Below, piece after piece: positions 1 through 11,377 of a DNA stretch of 64,000 nucleotides. The translations under genes were made by a program, and so were the position numbers. The DNA comes from Phoronis australis (taxonomy: Eukaryota; Animalia; Phoronida): assembly GCA_002633005.1 (NCBI GenBank), contig NMRA01000374.1, positions 187,921 through 251,920 on the forward strand, given 5' to 3'. Below the pieces are notes generated by a model. That model worked only from the letters and a program-made list of their open reading frames with translations, did not search any database and had not been told where the DNA came from. Position 1 is the first letter of the stretch. Each line of letters begins with the position of its first letter.

Positions 1-266
1 TTGCAACCGCATGCATTTACCGTTCGCCAGTGTCTGGTCTCGATACGCACCGGGTCCGATAGGCTGCGGTCCCGAGTCTGGCAAAATAATTTCTGGCAAA
101 ATTTTTTGCGCCACATTTCTTCAGCAAATTCGATAAAATTGTCCGTAGTTTGATTTTATTAAAATTAAGGCGCGCTGTCGATTATTTTATCCCCGTTTGC
201 TGGTGGTAACAGTACAGGCACTGCTCCAGTCGCACTGACGGCGTTTTCTCGGCCTGGGTTCCTGAA

Positions 267-457
267 TGAATTGTACTTCCGGGTTCGCGGCAAGTTCAAA
301 ATGGCGGTGGTTCTTCGGGTGCGAATCGTGTGTGGCGCGTTCATTTAAACTTTTTTCGAGTACGGAATGTGTATTAGTTATGGGGTAAGTACTTCTTGGA
401 TCCTTATAACATCCTCTAACCATGTAATAAGGATTAACAACGCGTGAGAGAAGGACT
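267..457. mobile_element. Terminus of a TTAA-specific non-autonomous DNA transposon (Kolobok-like); same family as 61803-62330
   Basis: 267-457 closely matches 62140-62330; ends ...GAGAAGGACT followed by TTAA (458-461). The left end was not identified and may lie outside the window. Confidence 0.65.
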
Positions 458-924
458 TTAATGGATTACGTACGTGACCAAGCAGCCCAAGCAGCTGGCC
501 TGAATGGGCTATTGTGTTCGCGTTAGCTAACTCCAACCGTCGGACGATGGTCATCCGACGGTCAATTTTCAGGTGGACTGGGTGCGTCATGTGTATGTGT
601 GATGAGCTTGGGCCCACTGACTCCAGATCACGTTTATTATTTTTTAAAACGCCCCCTTTTGCTTCCATGGATACCAATTGTTTCTGGCCAGTTTTGAACC
701 TGGCGGCAATTGAGTTTTAGCAAAATTTCAAGAGTTAGTTCGAGCCGTGCAAGTAACGTTGAAACACTCAACCTGTGTTACTGATCAGGTGTGACCTACT
801 ATTTTATTCATGTAAATTTGACAGATTTGACAATTCTTTGTCTATTTTAGAGCCGCGTAATATGAATACTTTTAGTGATTTTTAAAACGGTCAAAATTAT
901 CTAAATTCCCTTCCCTATTTCTCA

Positions 925-1810
925 GCTGGACCAAGTACAATGTCGACAAACTCAAGGATAATGACACCCGACCTGGATTCTGACATACTACTGGGAACAA
1001 ATGTTGACGCAATAAAACTTAGCACCCAGATCCTATTATCCAACAGATCTGGACCAGGCTAAAAAGAGCATGCAAAGGGCCACTTAGTGAGCAAAGGAAG
1101 CACTAAAAAGGCGTTGATGACCGATGCCTTGTCAAGGATTGAACAAGGGAAACACGTGACACAGAAGATTTTTTTCATGCGAAAACACGGCTGCAGAACC
1201 AAAGTGCTCAACATAAGTGTAAGGTAGTTAAACAGTGCATCAGAAAGGAAAACAGTCAGCACCTTGAGGAGATTGCAACAAAAGCTGAAGATTCTGCAGT
1301 GAAAGGCGATATCAAGACCCTTTACTCTACAATGAGGCTGCTCAGCGGGGGACGTTTCAACTGAACTAAACCTCTCAAGGTTGAAGACAAAACGCATATT
1401 ACTGGTCTCGAGAAACAGTTGAAACTTTAGAGAGACCATTTTTCTGAGGCACTATGGTATACCTGAGAAAAGTGTCAGACTAGTTACAAGACTTCACGAA
1501 GATTTCAAATGTCAGGTGCTGCATGAAGGACAGCTTAACCAACGGTTCTCTGTTAATTCAGGAGTCAGGCAAGGGTGTCTTCTCTCTCCTTTGCTGTTCC
1601 TAGTAGCTCTGGACTGGGTTATCAGAGTTGCTTTTTCGGGGCAACCAGCAGGAATCCAATGAACATTTACAAAAACAATTAGACGACCTGGAGTACGCAG
1701 ATGACTTATGTCACATCGCTTTCAAGACTTGAGTAGGACATAAAGCGGCATTGTCAGACACTGCTGAACGAGTAGGACTGTCCATCATCACCGAGACTTG
1801 GACGATGCGT
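925..1810 (+). mobile_element. RTE-clade LINE reverse transcriptase fragment (degenerate, internally deleted)
   Basis: Translates YGIPEK..RLHEDFKCQVLHEGQL..SGVRQGCLLSPLLFLVALDWV..LDDLEYADDLC (RT GxxQG and YADD motifs), with stops and frameshifts. Confidence 0.9.
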
Positions 1811-1819
1811 GATGATTAT

Positions 1820-2230
1820 AAGCAACTGGGACAACAGCGTAGTGGCCATCACTTAACTCCTGCTGAGAGACAAGGAGAATTTATTTTCCCAACATGATGA
1901 AACCAAAATGTTCAAAAAACCTTCTGAGTCGAGACATGTTGGGCATAAGACACGTCATTCAAATTTTAACGGGCCATTGTAACCTAGCCCAACACAGACA
2001 CATTACTGGGCATTTGGGGAGCCTAGCGTGTCCCGAGTGTGGTACTGAAGTAGAAACCCCTAAACACCTGGTAGAGTCTTGCCCAATTTTTATAGCCTAA
2101 GGAGCAACCTACTGGATGGCACTGTGACATGCTTACAACATATAGTGCATGGCAACAAATGGAAACAACTGTCGTTTTCTTAATGGAGACTGGCAGACTT
2201 GAAAACTTCCATCACGAAGAACCATAATGG
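1820..2230 (+). mobile_element. 3' end of a non-LTR retrotransposon (R1/LOA/I-group-like CCHC zinc knuckle)
   Basis: QILTGHCNLAQHRH..CPECGTEVETPKHLVESCP fits the LTGH..CxxC..ET..H...CP C-terminal motif; further copies at ~4730-4915 and ~41360-41770 (minus strand). Confidence 0.75.
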
Positions 2231-2549
2231 GGCTCTGTCGTGTGAGAAAAGTAGGAGAGTTTGTATATATTTTAGAGCATTGAATTCTGTTACAGCCAAA
2301 CATGCTTTTCCACTCCCGTGAATAAATTTGTGTTTAGATCAGTTGAGTCGTAATTCGTTTTTCTCGTCGGTTGACTTGGCTTGGCTAGTGGTTACTAGCA
2401 ACTTCCCATGGAGGAAGAGAACAGAGAGAAAACTCCTTTTTCGCACCTGGTCGTGGTTTGTGGCCATTCAAAGTCTTGCCGTTTAGTCTTTGTAACTCCG
2501 TCGGCTGGTTTAAGCAATTGATCGAGAATGTTTAGGAGGGTTTATTATA

Positions 2550-4350
2550 GAATAAGTGTTTAGTGTACACAGACAATGTCTTATGTTATTCTAAAACGTT
2601 CGATGATTTAGAACAAGTTTTCATTCGTTTACGTAACGCTGGTTTGAGGCTGAAACCTACAAAATGCGCATTACTTAAAGGCTAGGTTATCTTGTTACGA
2701 CTTGTAGTGTCAACTGATGGTATAGCTTGTGACCCCGCAAAAGTTGAAGCAGTCGAGTGTTGGTCTCCTCCAATAGGTCTCACCGATGTACGGAGTTTTC
2801 TTGGGTTTGCCTCGTACTATCGATAGTTCATTCCCGATTTTTAACGACCGCTGCCCATTGACAGCACTGACGAAGAAAAATCGTAAATTCGTATGTAATG
2901 ACTCGTGTGAGATGTCTTTTAATAAGCTGAAGAATGCGTTACCTGGGCCCGGTCTCTAATCTTTGTACTCGAAACGAACTCGAAACTATTTTTGGCAATT
3001 TCTCTGCCTCCTTTTGTGCAAACTTAAGATAATTGGTTATCAGACTGTGCTCGAATACATTATAATTTATGCATAGGAGTTTCTAGTTCAAGTTTGCCCT
3101 TGAAGACCCTTATATTCGTGCTACAAACTCGAGTAAAAACTCGAAATTTCGAGTTCAAACTCGAACTTATTGCTTTAATATTGGGTTTACAAACTGTGAA
3201 CTAAGGGCAATAAATTATCTAAGTAAGTTATTGTGTACTAGAGCATAGAATGATAGACACTTATCTTGATTTCGCCCAAAAGTAGAGTAGAAAATGCCAA
3301 ACCTAATTTCGAGTTCCATTTCGAGTAAAAAGATTGGAGACCGGGCCCTGGTCATCCTGTGATCTCCCGATCGTGACGGTGGTGAGTTCATTGTTGACAC
3401 AGACGCGAGTGCCCCTGGCATTTCAGGTGTTTTGTCTCAGGTAGAGAATGGTGAAGAGAAAGTTCTAGTGTATGCAAGCAGAACTTTGTCTAAATCTCAA
3501 CAGGGGTATTGTACTACATATCTTCAATTATTGGCCGTGGTGACGTTTGTAAAAAATTTATGTCCTTATTATGGAATAGAAAATTTATACTGAGATCAGA
3601 TCATAGTTCGTTAAGATGGCTAAGAAATGTTAAGGAACCTACTGATATGGTAGCAAGACGTATTGCTATTTTGGACACTTATGATTTTGAAATTAAACAT
3701 CGTAAGGTCTTCACGGGAACGCTAATGATTTTTCTAGGAAACCTCGGTGACGTTGTTAGTTTGAAGATTTCCAGCAAAGCTCAAATTGTTCTTTTGTGTA
3801 GGAGACTATGCCAAAATGTAGAAAACGTAAGGTTAGTAGTGAATCCAGTGATTCTGGTGTTTGGTTGCAAACTTGGAGTTCTGCGGAACTGCGCATGTTG
3901 TACTACTCGATGATTCGGCCATTGGTCTTATTGCTTCGATAGAAAAACCCTCTTTTGACGAAATCGGCGGTAGGGGTTATGATAGATTATCCAAATCAGA
4001 ATTTAAGAGTGAGCTTATGGCTGAATGTTGTAAACTTTGAAATTACGAATTAGTAAAACTAGAACCCCACCCTATCATCCAAAGAGTGTGGGTATGATTG
4101 AGCATTTTGTTGTAAATGTTCAGCAGAAGCTGGCTACGTTTATGAATGATAACCATAAGGATTGGGATAATCATTTACCATATGTTATGATGGCTTACCG
4201 ATCCACTGTTCCTGACAGTACTGACTGCATTCCATTCAAGTTAATTTTTGGACGCGAAGTGTCACTTCCTGTTGATATTATGGTTGGGCATGTGAAGGCG
4301 GATTCGGAATCCTCTCAGTCATGCTTGGTTCAATATGTTGTTAATTAAGT
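2550..4350 (+). mobile_element. Ty3/Gypsy pol relic (RT C-terminal part, RNase H, integrase fragment), split by a MITE
   Basis: RLRNAGLRLKPTKC..DPAKVEAV..VRSFLGFASYYR; FIVDTDAS..GVLSQ..YASRTLS; RSDHSSLRWL; TPPYHPKS.GMIE..WDNHLPYVMMAYRST. Domain order RT-RH-IN. Confidence 0.92.
2946..3347. mobile_element. PIF/Harbinger-group MITE with ~40 bp TIRs and CTG target duplication
   Basis: Left GGCCCGGTCTCTAATCTTTGTACTCGAAA, right TTTCGAGTAAAAAGATTGGAGACCGGGCC; CTG on both flanks (2943-2945, 3348-3350); interrupts Gypsy pol between RT and RNase H. Confidence 0.88.
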
Positions 4351-4725
4351 AGGCCTTTTACAATACAGCAGCCCCATTACGAACCTTTTAGCACCAAAAA
4401 AAATTGAGGTGGCTCTTACATCAATCGAAGTCTATGACATCTTCGTTACAGCGAATTTGGTTTTCACCGTGTCTCCATCGTATTGTAATTAGCTATGACT
4501 GGCCGTTTAATTTAGTGCAAAATACATGGGAAATCAAGAAAACACATTAATTATTCATTTCATGTCAATTAATTTTAAAATTGATCAAAATCATTGCCTT
4601 GAGAACTTTTTATTCAGTTGTTCTGTGCACATTCTTATACGGGCCCATATAGTAATCACCGGGTGTGTGACTGGGGTCGCCGAAACAGCCGGAAAAATAA
4701 ATCGCTTCATCCAAATTGTTATCAA

Positions 4726-5140
4726 AATGCCCAGTAGTGTGACTGTGTTGGGCTAGGTTACAATGGCCCGTTAAAATTTGAATGACGTGTCTTATGCCCA
4801 ACATATCTAGTCTCAGAAGGTTTTTTTAACATTTTGGTTTGATCACGTTGGGAAAATAAATTCTCTTCGTCTTTCTGCAGGAGTTAAGTGATGCCCACTG
4901 CGCTGCTGTCCCAGTTATACTCATCCCGCGGCATTCTCAAAGAAGAACAGACATCACATTAGATTTGAAGATTCTTTGACTTGGGTGAGTAGGTCTTTGA
5001 GTGCCATACAAGCTTTAGCATAGTGGGTGCCTGACGAGCTTACTTGATGCGTGCTTTAATGTCCTCTTCAGTTCCTCCACTCATGCTAAGGACACTACCC
5101 AGGTAACTAAGTTGTATGACGTTTCAGTCTCCTCGTCATC
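4726..5140 (-). mobile_element. Third partial copy of the RTE/R1-like junction (RTE C-terminal region plus zinc-knuckle LINE piece)
   Basis: Minus strand reads YLGSV.SMSGGTEEDIKARI..ARQA (RTE) then IRHVIQILTGHCNLAQH; matches 41575-41910 plus 43478-43555. Confidence 0.85.
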
Positions 5141-5154
5141 ACCCCGGCCAATCC

Positions 5155-5615
5155 GCGATCGAGAACGACCGGAAAGCGATCGAGAACGAAACCGGTTGCG
5201 AGAAGCGAAGCCAGGCAAGGTGAGTAAATTTGAGGAATTTACGTTGTTTTTACTTCCAATGTGAAAACAGAGACATGAGTTCAAGGCGTAACACATTGAG
5301 CAAGGGTAGGTAGAGGTTTGGCTGGTGTCTGTTCCAGTTATTGGGGATAAGTTACGTTGAACGAGGCATCACTTGAGTCAAAGGTGATTCGTATGTCATT
5401 TTGGCAAATTGCGGTTATTTTTGGCACTAAATCAATAAATTGACCATGAAGTTATGAAGAAGTGACTTGTGAGAATATAACATAACGCTTGTTTTTCGTA
5501 GTTTTGCCAGGATCTCTGATTTTTCGGCACTTTCCTGTTGAAAGATGCGATCGAGAACGCAAAGATAAGCGATCGGAAACGCAAATTTTTGTTTGTTTAT
5601 GCGATCGAGAACGCA
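5155..5615. repeat. Cluster of GCGATCGAGAACG motifs (4 exact, 1 variant)
   Basis: Motif at ~5155, ~5176, ~5547 and ~5601; variant gcgatcggaaacg at ~5569. Probably subterminal repeats of a decayed DNA transposon (inference). Confidence 0.55.
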
Positions 5616-5824
5616 TCGTGGTGTGCCGAACAGTTATGAACTTTTTACTTATAAAACGTGAAAAAGGTTACAAAATAAGTGTGGTGCATTGAATTAATCA
5701 CATTTTGAGTCATTACTGTTACTTTCGCTTCCAAACTAAACAATATCATAGCATTACCATTAAATTAAAATGAGCGACTACATGTACATCAAGCCCTATT
5801 TTAATTATAGATATTTATTATATT

Positions 5825-5828
<4 letters not shown>

Positions 5829-5900
<72 letters not shown>
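5829..5900. repeat. (TA)n microsatellite
   Basis: Perfect TA run of about 36 units. Confidence 0.99.
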
Positions 5901-5903
<3 letters not shown>

Positions 5904-6479
5904 CTTTGTATATTATCCCATACGCGTTGAATCTGTCGAGGGAAATACAGCCATGTAATAAAGTTTTCCGTATTCACCTCCCGCATTACTTCAACAGTGA
6001 CCTCTGACATGGAAAGTTCAAAATGTAGGTCAATGTCGACTTGACGTCTTCACCCGGTTCGATCATCAAACTTTCCGAATATAGTTTAAAGTATTACAGT
6101 TTCAGCAGTGTAACTAACACTCGACATGCAACCAGGCCCTAAACGTAAAAGAAATATATCGTTACTTTTAAAACTGTTTCTTTTACAAGAGAAAATTTGC
6201 AACCTAACGCGCAAGTACATACATATAGGATGTGATCCTTCTTGTGAACAGTCTGGGTGAAGTATTTAAAGAATTTGCCAAAAATATAAGGAACTCAGGA
6301 ATTCGAAGCGTATTGGATAAATACATTCGGTCTCAGTCCATACGCGGAATAATTTCTCATGGGATATTACTTCATGTACGCCACTGTCGGTACGTTTTGT
6401 GTTTTTATTTAACTGTGTTGGAAAAAATGGCGTTCTACCGTAATTCTGCTGCTAGAGTTGTGGAGGTTTAGCATGAACC

Positions 6480-6654
6480 CCGTCCGGTCTTTAGCTTTAT
6501 ATGTTGATGCAAGTTTCACGTCAAGATGACGAACAGAACTACCCCCGCTGTGTGCAATTTCGGTGTCTACGGAAGAAATACACTCAGTGGTGCCTAGCTG
6601 TACTTTGACGACAGTCTTCATAGAGCTGGCTGGGAGGCTACCTTGATGTCAAAG
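6480..6654 (+). pseudogene. Probable phospholipase B-like (PLBD1/PLBD2 family) N-terminal pseudo-exon
   Basis: AVCNFGVYGRNTLSGA*LYFDDSLHRAGW then a frameshift to GYLDVK, ending at donor AAAG|GTGAGC; resembles PLBD1 'AYGFYNNSVKTTGWGILEI'. The truncated paralog at 53882-53935 reads YFDDSLHTT..GYLDVK. Confidence 0.5.
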
Positions 6655-7599
6655 GTGAGCATTCGCCGTTTCAAAACTGTATGTACGTACATGTATACGT
6701 ATACGATAAGGAGCATGTGCGTTTGATAACATTTTTGGTAACTATTGGTTGTGTTTTCTGAGTCTCTGGCCAAAGTTGGCTCATGTCATATCATGGATTA
6801 TAGACAACAGATTCGCAGCTCAGACATTTTTTTCCGTTGTAACCAAGAGGCGCCGCCACTCTCCTAAATTATCTGGTGCAGTTTCCGGTTAGTGTATATT
6901 GGCGGGAAATTCTTGCATCTACTTTACTGTCCAGCACAACGAAAAAAATAATGAAACGCTGTTCAAAGTCTTCCAATAGTAGAACAGTTGGTATCGTGAG
7001 TACTTTTGGCAATGCTACTGGTAATTAATTACAAAATTCAAAACTTCGGTGCCGACTGATTATGTCGTCTGCTTGCACAATCCTACAGTTTGTTATTCAT
7101 GGTTCACATACCGAGAAAACTACGAAAACATAGTTGTGCAAAAATTCTAAGGAGTACCTGTGAATGCAAAAGATACTTATATAACGTTTTTGTTTTAGAA
7201 AACTTTTAATTTTGTTCGGATTAAAAAAATGCGCCTCTGCAATGCTTTCACTGGTCTAACCTTTGTACTGCATGTTTATAACTCAGCATTCTCAAGTGAG
7301 CTGTTCTTCTGAGAAGTGGCCCTTAAAATGGCCGCTGGTTGTACTGTGCATGAGCCTTAAGTATGGTGTGAAATGGTTCTTAACAGAACCGTTGAATAAT
7401 TCAACATAAATCACACAGTACACCGTGCTCACTCAAGTACTGAAGGTCCTCTTCATTCACGTTTTCATCTGGGAAGGTTGAATGAAAACAGAGATGAAAA
7501 TTACAGGTGTAATACCTTACATAAACATTACCGCTCACCAAAGTTATCACGAACCCTGCTTCTTTCAGTTCTTGTTCCTGAATTCAAATGTAATCCTGA

Positions 7600-8954
7600 A
7601 CCGTAGGGCAAAAAGACATACAACAAAAAACGAATCAAATTTCGAAAATCATCGCCTTCGTACGATTCCGTGTTGCTGTCGCCATACTGATGTTCCTCCC
7701 CAACATCAATGCCGAGAATCGACGTTACACCATTGGTGACATTGCATTGCAGGACCTGAGGAGAAAAGTGAACATTCAGTCAGCTTTGTGGTTATCTTCG
7801 CGAAATCGCATGCGCCTCTTTCAATTCTGGCACCAGTTGCTTCATTGTGTTGTTTGGGTGTTGTTCATGTAACGTAATTGAAGCCCATCGGGGTGACCGA
7901 CATTGTCCACAATGCTCGTTGCTCCTCTGTCACCTTACTGCCATGAGTCAAGCCGCCTGAACTTTTTACCGATAGCATTTAGTAATTTTCAAGGGCTAGA
8001 TGACAGCTGAGGCCTGCTCAAAACTGGTTTGTTCGCCGAATCACATGAAAGCAATTTTTGAAACTTTGTATACACATCTGGATGTTTGCTCTCCACATCA
8101 ACCTTTTCTTTGTTCATGTATGCAGAAGTAAGCGGAGTTCAGGTAGTTGTGGTGTCCAGCTGCAGCAAATATTGTTAGCTTGGAAGTGATCATTCCAAGA
8201 CCGAGTGCGATCTGCCTTGATCATTGCCCGAGCAGTATGGAGCATCTTCAGACCAGCCACAGACTTCTTGGTATCAAGATTGTCGATGACTTTGAACAAT
8301 TGCGGCTGATTGTGGGGAACTTCAGACAGATGTTGACATTTTACCCTGGCTTCTAGTTTCCGTGAGCGGATTTTTTAAATAAAAAACATAGGCAAACAAT
8401 TATACACTAGATGATTTTTGTTGCCTTTATGCAAGCCAATGCTTTGGATTAAATTATATATTTCACAGCTGATGTTCATATTTTAAAATAATTCAGTCAG
8501 AATTCATTCAAATTTTTTTGTTTTAAGTTCATTCAATCAGAAACCAGTCACATTCAATCATACTTTCGTTATAGGGATAGGATTTTAAATAATGGACAAA
8601 ACAGTGATTTTTCTCTCTTGAATTTTAGCTGCCATCTTGAATTTCATATCACATACTGATCGTATCTTATTTTAACCACACCAGTAAGTTGATCACCCCT
8701 TAAAACCATATACTAGAACCAAAAAATTGTCTCTATCACAATTATTGAAGAGATTTCATCTATTTTAGCGATTTCGAAACGTCGTGGCGGCAATCTTGGA
8801 AATGACTCAGTTTTGAACCATTTCAGGTGGTCAGATTTTGGTAGACTTTTTTCCTGCTCATCAACATAGCCAGTAGAGCATAAAACCACAGTTGCAATTT
8901 GTTGTGGGTCGGGTGGCTATTTGTCATAAATTGACTCGTTAATGATGGAAACTA
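7600..8954 (-). mobile_element. Academ-like DNA transposon relic (transposase fragment plus one terminus)
   Basis: Minus-strand pieces ML..AR.MIKADRT.SW..H, HPDVYTKF, AGLS..LA.E, SGGLTHG..TEEQR.LW, EATGARIER match a motif series I associate with Academ transposases; the region ends ...GAAACTA (5'-TAGTT on the minus strand), with GCCATCTTGAA-type subterminal motifs at 8600-8810. Confidence 0.6.
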
Positions 8955-9974
8955 ACCCATTGTTTTAAGAAAGGAGTGTACGGATTTTGTCTAACGTTGA
9001 TAGAACATAACTTTTGGTTTTTACAATGCATTAATCGTGTTGAATGCATTCATATTAAGTGACCTCATTGAGTTGAACAGAAAATAAGTTATATGTAACA
9101 CAATAAAGTTTTGAAAATAAATACAGCAGTACCAGGACTCCCTAAGAATCGAACTGTTTTCGAAAACTTGGCGCCATTGGTGATTTGATTGCTTCATGCA
9201 CTTACGGCGGGAAAATGATGGACCAAGTATCGTGCACGTGTGCATTATAGCAACACTTAGTATCTTATTCTTATTATTTTGGCCAATCTGTTGATACAGT
9301 AAATTTCCTTGTTGATGCCCATCCTGATTTTACCGCAGCTTGAACTTGTTGGGGCATAGGGACCACATGGTGCTTACTCGAATGGGCTTCATTTTACCAA
9401 CTATTTCAAATTGTGTAGGTGAAGTAAATAAACAAAGTAGGTGATTATCATCACCGGAATTTCATCATTAGCATCTTTTGCCGGATGCTCAAATTTTTTG
9501 AGACTAGGGATTGCCACATTTGTAAGGTAGAAGTGTTTTGGCTGGACTTCTAGGTCTGTTGTGTTATTTATACCGGACCAAAATTAAAGAAGTGAGGCTC
9601 TTGTTTAAATCAGGAGCTGCATAAAAATAATTGCAGGCGGTATGGTACACGTTTTACCAGACGTGAGCAAGCAGCGCATGTTGGCCCATGGCACTGATTA
9701 CTTGGAACCTTTTTTATGGTTTATTAATATATAGTTAAACCGAGCTCAGGAGCTTGAAACCTGAGTCACGGCAATTTTTGGTAGTTGGCAACAAAGTTTG
9801 ATAACAATATACTGCAATTTTGTAGAAACTCTGTCATAGGTTACAGGTGCGTCACAGAGCGTAAATTTGATGAGTTCTAGCTTACGATTTCACCTGTTTC
9901 GGAGACCTGGTTTCAACCACTTTTGGTCTCTAATGAACGCCCCTTTCCTGAAGCGAATTTTCTAAGCGTCCTGG

Positions 9975-9998
9975 CCGCTTATTAGGGCGAATACGGTA
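9975..9998. mobile_element. Tc1/mariner-pogo-like terminus (..TTATTAGGGCGAATACGGTA)
   Basis: A related end occurs at ~27830-27853; TA-flanked CCGTATT-type terminus. The extent of the element is not resolved. Confidence 0.45.
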
Positions 9999-10554
9999 AT
10001 ATTTCAGAAGGACAATGTTTATTATCCTTTATGCAAGGGATCCTTTTGTTACATTAGGAGTAGGATTGGTTCAGTATGTACCCTAGAGGTGGCACAGGAC
10101 TTTACAAAACTGGTTGAAGAATTTTGTTTTCGTCATAACTGTTCGTTTGAAAGGCTTAAGTATGGAAATGGTAGGACTTAAGGCGGAAATTTAAAAATCA
10201 TTTGTCGTCTTACAAAAATTTAACATTGAAGAAAAAAACAACCTTCACACCCCTCTGGTGGTCATGTTCCGTGTTTGCAAAGAAGTTGGTTGTATTTGCA
10301 TAGACTGCAATGTAATTGGCTGAGATGGTGTAGCAGAGATTTTGTGCGGCATATATTCGACATGAAATGAGTGTGTAACCTGCCGTTCAATTGCGTGATA
10401 GATTGGGGGAAGGCAAATTGGTTATTTCTGGACTATTAATGTGATCTTTATTGATGTTAAAGGTTTTACCAGCATTCAATCCAATCCCGACGAAATGTGC
10501 GCATTCTGCTGAGATAGTAACCGTTTTATTAGGGCCAGCGAAGATGACGAATTT

Positions 10555-10734
10555 GGTTAATTCGCACACTAGGCTATGGCTGAAGTTCCTCGTAAGGACA
10601 AGGGTTCGTGAATTACTATCTTTTGAAAGGTTTTTCTCCCACAGCCGATTATGGGGTCTCCGTACGCTATGGAAGCTAACGCCTTTACATTTCGCCTGAG
10701 TGGCCTAACACCCGGCCACACAGCTACCGACCAT
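10555..10734 (-). pseudogene. Degenerate THAP zinc-finger ORF start (transposon relic)
   Basis: MVGSCVAGC*ATQAKCKGVSFHSV..RLWEKN..LVCE follows THAP spacing C..C..SFH..W..C; the CSxHF motif is not retained. Confidence 0.4.
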
Positions 10735-11001
10735 GATTAGCAGACGACGTACTTGCAGGAAATAACACCAGATAATTTGGACAGGTGACGCTAGTGAATA
10801 ATGACGTAACGGCTTGTGCAAAACAGCACAGATTTCGTCCATTAAAAGTATACGGAGTTGGTGGTCCATGTTTTAAAATCTAGGGTCAAATGAATAAAAC
10901 GCAGAAGTTAGACGTGACGTAAAGGCCGTGTTTTAAGTAATTTATAAAGAATGCAGAACAAGAAGACATGTGTTGTAGAATCCAAACAAGACGATATTTA
11001 C

Positions 11002-11377
11002 CTTCCACGAGCCACTCTTGACAGCCAAATATGCCCAAACTCCGTTTTTCTCGTACTCTATCATATACAAAGTAACAAAATTCTATCTTTCTGCCGAATC
11101 TCCTTTGGTCACAATCCCTGTCACATTTCTAACCTGACCAAGGTCAAAAAGTGTCCAATGATCATGGTTCAATACTTCCGGAGTCCACTCTCCGCTTTCC
11201 GATTAATTTTTAGTTCTAAATATACGAGCCCTACTTGGTCCCGTATTTGAGTTCAGAGAGCTGGACACCCTGATGCTCTGGTCAGGTATGGGTTGATCCC
11301 CCGAGACGAGCAGTTTGGTGCACGGGTAGGCATCGATATCCTCAATTTGCAACATTCCCTTCTGTTCTTGCTGAGAT
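11002..11377 (-). pseudogene. F5/8 type C (discoidin) domain exon, pseudogenised paralog of 54186-54561
   Basis: Same 376-nt length and AG/GT boundaries as copy B; ..IPDQSIRVSSS..PSRARI..W..FDLGQVRNVTGIVTKG..; in-frame TAA (11203-11205) and TAG (11083-11085) where copy B has Glu. Confidence 0.88.

Larger units (their letters stand above)
591..2663 (+). repeat. Composite block (unique DNA + RTE + R1/LOA-like + Gypsy start) duplicated in inverted orientation at ~40930-45330
   Basis: Reverse-complement match, e.g. 'gcttgggcccactgac...aaaacgccccctttt' vs 45260-45320, and 2550-2660 vs 40930-41040. This copy carries internal deletions relative to the other. Confidence 0.92.

Noticed and set aside
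5155-5615. Short repeats as a possible CRISPR array
   Set aside because: 13-bp units, irregular spacing, eukaryotic context and no cas genes.
5770-6010. ORFs with IYIYIY repeats
   Set aside because: Translation artefact of the (TA)n microsatellite.
10951-11250. Plus-strand ORF also open at 54135-54434
   Set aside because: Antisense in-frame shadow of the FA58C exon.
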